Of a stretch of DNA of 64,000 nt, positions 60,310 to 64,000 are shown piece after piece (within the stretch, counting starts at the first letter, position 1; every line of letters starts with the position of its first letter). The stretch is from an uncultured Actinomycetota bacterium. Its GTDB lineage: Bacteria > Actinomycetota > Actinomycetes > Mycobacteriales > QHCD01. The stretch is taken from assembly GCA_963837545.1 (NCBI GenBank), contig CAWINQ010000001.1, forward strand, positions 1,176,546 to 1,240,545, written 5' to 3'. Under the pieces are notes generated by a model, which saw nothing but the letters and a program-made list of their open reading frames with translations, was not told the DNA's origin and did not search any database. A program made the position numbers and the translations under genes.

Positions 60310-61259
60310 GCCGCCTCGGCGATGCGCTCGGCGGCCCGCAGCCGGGCCGAGGCCGACCTCGGATTGACCGCGATCTCGGCCTCGTCGGGCCGCTCCGCGC
60401 CGCGGGTGAGCAGCCGCAGCGTCGGTCCGGCTTCCGGCAGCTCGACCGGCAACCCGGCGGGTGTGGTCCCCTTCGCGCGGGCGGAGAGGGCGCGTTTGAC
60501 CAACCGGTCCTCGAGCGACTGGTAGCTCAGCACAACGATCCGCCCCTTCATCGACAGCGCCTCGATGGCCCCCGGAAGCGCGTCCCGGAGGGCGTCCAAT
60601 TCGTGGTTGACCTCGATCCGCAGCGCCTGGAACGTGCGCTTCGCCGGATGCCCGCCGGTGCGGCGGGCCGCCGCCGGCACAGCGCTGCGCACCAGCTCGG
60701 CGAGGGCGGCGCTGCTCTGCAGCGGCGCACGGGTGCGTTCCCGGGCGATGGCCGCGGCGATCCGGCCGGCGAAGCGCTCCTCGCCGTACTCCTGGATCAC
60801 CCGCCGGAGCCGGTCCACCGGATAGGTGTTGACGACCTCGGCGGCGGTGAGCGGGTCCTCGGGATCCATGCGCATGTCCAGTGGGGCGTCCTGGGCGTAG
60901 GCGAAGCCGCGGCGGGCGTCGTCCAGCTGCAGCGACGACACGCCCAGGTCGAAGAGGACGCCGTCGACCCGGGGCCGGCCGAGGTCGGCGAGTACCGCGG
61001 GCATCGCGTCGTAGACGGCGTGGACGAGGTGCACCCGGGTGCGGTACGGCGCGAGCCGGCTGCGGCTGCTCTCCAGCGCCTCGGGATCCCGATCAAGCCC
61101 GACCAGGACGAGCTGCGGATGACGGGCCAACAGTGCCTCGGCGTGCCCGCCGAGGCCGACGGTGGCGTCGACCACGACGGCCGGGCGTTCCCGGATCGCC
61201 GGCGCGAACAGCGCCAGTACCCGGTCGAGCAGCACCGGGACGTGGCGGTCCCCGGTCAC
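60306..61259 (-). CDS. rsmH: 16S rRNA m4C1402 methyltransferase
   Basis: [38 protein letters not shown] and [10 protein letters not shown] motifs. Confidence 0.97.
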   Translation of the reverse strand: MTGDRHVPVLLDRVLALFAPAIRERPAVVVDATVGLGGHAEALLARHPQLVLVGLDRDPEALESSRSRLAPYRTRVHLVHAVYDAMPAVLADLGRPRVDGVLFDLGVSSLQLDDARRGFAYAQDAPLDMRMDPEDPLTAAEVVNTYPVDRLRRVIQEYGEERFAGRIAAAIARERTRAPLQSSAALAELVRSAVPAAARRTGGHPAKRTFQALRIEVNHELDALRDALPGAIEALSMKGRIVVLSYQSLEDRLVKRALSARAKGTTPAGLPVELPEAGPTLRLLTRGAERPDEAEIAVNPRSASARLRAAERIAEAA

Positions 61260-61537
61260 AACCGGGCCCCGGCGGTGAGCAGGTCGACGATCAGCACGGT
61301 GCCCACGACGACGAGCACCACGAGGGCGAGGAGCAGCAGGCTGGAGCGCAGCTCCGCCCCGAGCGACGGAGCGGGCCGGGCTGCGGGAGACCGCGGCGGA
61401 TCGGTGCTCGCCGTTCCCGGCCGGTGCAGCGTTCCGCGCCGGGCGGGAACGGCCTTCCGGTCGACCGTGGCCTTCCGGTCGACCGTGGCCTTCCCGGCGA
61501 CGGTGACCCACCGGTCTGCGGTGCTGGCCTGCCCCAT
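61256..61537 (-). CDS. Small hypothetical membrane protein (93 aa) coupled to rsmH
   Basis: GGGAG RBS before ATG 61537; C-terminal hydrophobic helix; stop overlaps the rsmH GTG (GTGA). Confidence 0.6.
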   Translation of the reverse strand: MGQASTADRWVTVAGKATVDRKATVDRKAVPARRGTLHRPGTASTDPPRSPAARPAPSLGAELRSSLLLLALVVLVVVGTVLIVDLLTAGARL

Positions 61538-61714
61538 CCCGCTCCCCCCGTGGTGTTCCGGTGTGCTCAGATCGCGTACTGCTCGGGCCGAGTCGCTGAC
61601 TGTCATTCGGGGCGCCTGCCCTGTGCGGAGAGATGAACGGCTCGTGGCTGTCGGGCGCGGGGCGGGTTCGGTGGGTGGATGGGGTCCGTCCTCGGGTCGT
61701 ACGTCGGGGTCCCC

Positions 61715-61790
61715 GCCCGCCTGGTGACCTGGCACCGGGGAAGGTGCGCCAGGGGCTCCCGGCGGGGGGAGGCCTCGTCGTACGGGCTCG
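61715..61790 (-). ncRNA. mraW RNA motif (actinobacterial, between mraZ and rsmH); boundaries approximate
   Basis: Minus-strand hairpin CCTGGCGC-ACCTTCCCCG-GTGCCAGG with the characteristic CUUCCCC loop at the expected position. Confidence 0.75.
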
Positions 61791-61838
61791 CTGGCCGCGG
61801 CGCGGGGCCGCGGGGTGGGTAGTCGGCAGGATGACGGG

Positions 61839-62270
61839 TCACAGCACGCCGGGCAGCACCTCCGTCTCGAGGTCGGCGAAGGTCTGCTCACGATCGGCGA
61901 GGTAGCGCTCCCAGCTGGCCGTGTCCCAGATCTCCACCCGGGTGTTGGCTCCGATCACGACGCAGTCCTTGGACAGGCCGGCGTACTCGCGCAGCCCGGC
62001 CGGGATCGTGATGCGGCCCTGCTTGTCCGGCACCTCGTCGGAGGCGCTGGCGAAGAAGACGCGGCCGTAGTCGCGCACCGCCCGCTGGGTCACCGGCGCC
62101 TGGGACAGCGCCTCGGTGACGCGGGCGAACTCCGGGACGGGGAAGACGAACAGGCAGCGTTCCTGACCCTTCGTCACCACGACCCCTTCCGCCAGTTCCT
62201 CCCGGAACTTCGCCGGCAGGAAGAGCCGGCCTTTGTCATCGAGCCGGGGGTGGTGGGTACCGAGAAACAT
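61839..62270 (-). CDS. mraZ: Transcriptional regulator MraZ
   Basis: MFLGTH...LDDKGRL...DKQGRI...RVEIWD; GGGAGG RBS. Confidence 0.97.
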   Translation of the reverse strand: MFLGTHHPRLDDKGRLFLPAKFREELAEGVVVTKGQERCLFVFPVPEFARVTEALSQAPVTQRAVRDYGRVFFASASDEVPDKQGRITIPAGLREYAGLSKDCVVIGANTRVEIWDTASWERYLADREQTFADLETEVLPGVL

Positions 62271-62299
62271 CCCCACCTCCCGACGATGGAGTGGCCCTC

Positions 62300-62341
62300 C
62301 TCCACCGCGCACCACCCTACCCCACCTCCCCCCACAGTCAA
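62300..62341 (-). promoter_or_regulatory. dcw promoter with four MraZ-type GTGG direct repeats
   Basis: CCAC on + at 62302, 62312, 62322 and 62332 (exact 10-bp period), overlapping TTGACT...TAGGGT. Confidence 0.85.
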
Positions 62342-62626
62342 CGGATCCCGGGCCTATCCCGGGGGTCGGCGCGCCACCTCCGCCCCAGGCCGGACGTGGC
62401 CGCCACGCAGCCGCGGTCAGGTCAACAGCTGATCTCGTTTCAGGCCCGAGGGTCGCCACGACGCCCGCGGGCAGAGATACTCGATCGGGCCGGACGGACA
62501 GGCGGATCCGGTGGCGATTTGACAGACTGCGAGAAGCGGGTCCAGAGCAATGGCGATCGCGGGTACCGCGGGTGACGCGGAACCGCCAGTCCCGGCGCGA
62601 CCGCTCGGGACGAGGAGGGCACACGG

Positions 62627-63745
62627 GTGGCGGTGCACAGTGCGGTGGACGATCCATCCCGCGGCGACGGCGACGATCCGGTCGATCGGGGCGACGGCGG
62701 TCAGTTCCGTCGCGGCAGCGACGATCGGTTCCGGCTGGACGGCGTAGGACCTGCGAGCCTCGCCGAGCTCGGCGAGGTCATCCACCGGGTCCGCGACAGT
62801 ATCGAGCGCGTCATCGACGGCAAGCCCGAGGCGGTGCGGCTCGCCGTCGTGGTGATGCTCGCCGAGGGGCACCTGCTGATCGAGGACGTCCCCGGCGTCG
62901 GGAAGACCAAGCTGGCCAAGGCGTTGGCCCGGTCGATCGACTGCTCGGTACGCCGGGTGCAGTTCACCCCCGACCTGCTGCCCAGCGACGTCACCGGGGT
63001 CAGCGTCTACAACCAGGAGACCCGAGACTTCGAGTTCAAGCCGGGTGCGGTGTTCGCGCACCTCGTCGTCGGCGACGAGATCAACCGGGCCTCCCCGAAG
63101 ACCCAGTCGGCGTTGTTGGAATGCATGGAGGAGCGCCAGGTCACCGTCGACGGGACGACGTACCTCCTCGAGAGCCCCTTCATGGTCATCGCCACGCAGA
63201 ATCCGATCGAGATGGAGGGCACCTATCCGCTGCCGGAGGCGCAGCGCGACCGGTTCATGGCCCGCCTGTCGATGGGTTACCCGGACGCCGAGGCCGAGGT
63301 CGCCATGCTCGCCGACCACGCCGGCACCGATCCCCTCGCGGCGCTGTCGCCGGTCTCCGACGCCGCCGAGATCCGCAACCTGATCGAGGCGGTGCACGCC
63401 ATCCACGTCTCGCCGGCCGTCCGCCGCTACGCCGTCGACCTGGTCAACGCGACCCGCAAGTCCCCGGACCTGCGGCTCGGCGGCTCGCCGCGCTCGACCC
63501 TGCAACTGCTCCGGGCGGCGAAGGCCAACAGCGCCCTGCAGGGACGTGACTACGTCCTCCCCGACGACATCCAGCAGCTGGCGATCCCGGTGCTCGCCCA
63601 CCGGGTGATCCCCACCGCCGAGGCCCAGATCGCCCGCCGCACCGCGGACGGGATCGTCGCCGACCTGGTCCGACGGACCCCGGTACCGCTTCCCGGCGAC
63701 CGGGGGCCCGGACGCACCGTGCATCGGACCGCGGGACACTCCTAA
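62627..63745 (+). CDS. MoxR-family AAA+ ATPase (start uncertain)
   Basis: [42 protein letters not shown] and LPEAQRDRF motifs. Confidence 0.95.
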   Translation: MAVHSAVDDPSRGDGDDPVDRGDGGQFRRGSDDRFRLDGVGPASLAELGEVIHRVRDSIERVIDGKPEAVRLAVVVMLAEGHLLIEDVPGVGKTKLAKALARSIDCSVRRVQFTPDLLPSDVTGVSVYNQETRDFEFKPGAVFAHLVVGDEINRASPKTQSALLECMEERQVTVDGTTYLLESPFMVIATQNPIEMEGTYPLPEAQRDRFMARLSMGYPDAEAEVAMLADHAGTDPLAALSPVSDAAEIRNLIEAVHAIHVSPAVRRYAVDLVNATRKSPDLRLGGSPRSTLQLLRAAKANSALQGRDYVLPDDIQQLAIPVLAHRVIPTAEAQIARRTADGIVADLVRRTPVPLPGDRGPGRTVHRTAGHS

Positions 63746-64000
63746 TGTCGGCTTTCCGGGGGTTGACCACCCGAGGCCGATGCCTACTCGCCGCCGGACT
63801 CGCCGCCGTCGTATGCGCCCTGCTGCTCGGCGAGAAGGACCTGCTCCGGGTGGCGATCCTGCTCCTGGCGCTGCCGATCGCCTCGGTGGTCGTCGTCGCC
63901 CGGGCCCGCTTCCGGTTGGCCTGCGTCCGCAGCGTCAACCCCGAGCGCGTCGCGGTCGGTCAGACGACGCACGTGCGGCTGCGGCTGGAAAACGTCTCGC
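63745..64000 (+). CDS. DUF58 family protein, 5' part (runs off window)
   Basis: TAATG overlap with the MoxR stop; [18 protein letters not shown]...LGEKDLLRV; usual MoxR-DUF58 synteny. Confidence 0.8.
   Translation, partial: MSAFRGLTTRGRCLLAAGLAAVVCALLLGEKDLLRVAILLLALPIASVVVVARARFRLACVRSVNPERVAVGQTTHVRLRLENVS

Noticed and set aside
61256-61891. Full 211-aa version of the ORF between mraZ and rsmH
   Set aside because: The upstream part overlaps mraZ and the RNA motif and is low-complexity; only the RBS-led portion from 61537 was kept

Overview
High-GC actinobacterial chromosomal window made mostly of core genes on the minus strand. It holds the full dcw cluster (mraZ-rsmH-ftsL-ftsI-murE-murF-mraY-murD-ftsW-murG-murC-ftsQ-ftsZ-pgeF-yggS-sepF-yggT-divIVA), a K+/H+ antiporter, dksA-like, lspA, rluD-like, tandem GNAT, dnaE, hisD-C-B-H-priA-F, hisI-trpE-trpC-B-A, lgt, VIT1 and gltBD. 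The left 8 kb is accessory-like: aromatic amino acid decarboxylase 3' end, tesB, psuG plus an internally deleted PfkB kinase, DUF72, SDR, MFS, a frameshifted P-loop kinase and a DUF222-HNH gene. Unusual points: (1) the HNH gene has a perfect LexA box on its start codon, a RecA-NDp/PafBC-type promoter, a DnaA-box match and a sharp internal composition switch; (2) a RES-domain toxin-antitoxin pair with a palindromic operator and a non-canonical RES Ser position splits the his genes; (3) two sequence-unrelated REP-doublet-like elements share one architecture between convergent genes; (4) an extra small membrane protein and an mraW RNA motif lie between mraZ and rsmH; (5) a two-component system sits inside the trp cluster. 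No rRNA, tRNA, CRISPR array or transposase was recognised. Calls come from motif recognition and synteny, with no database searches, and many start codons were re-chosen by eye. No new multi-gene system can be asserted; the findings are candidates.
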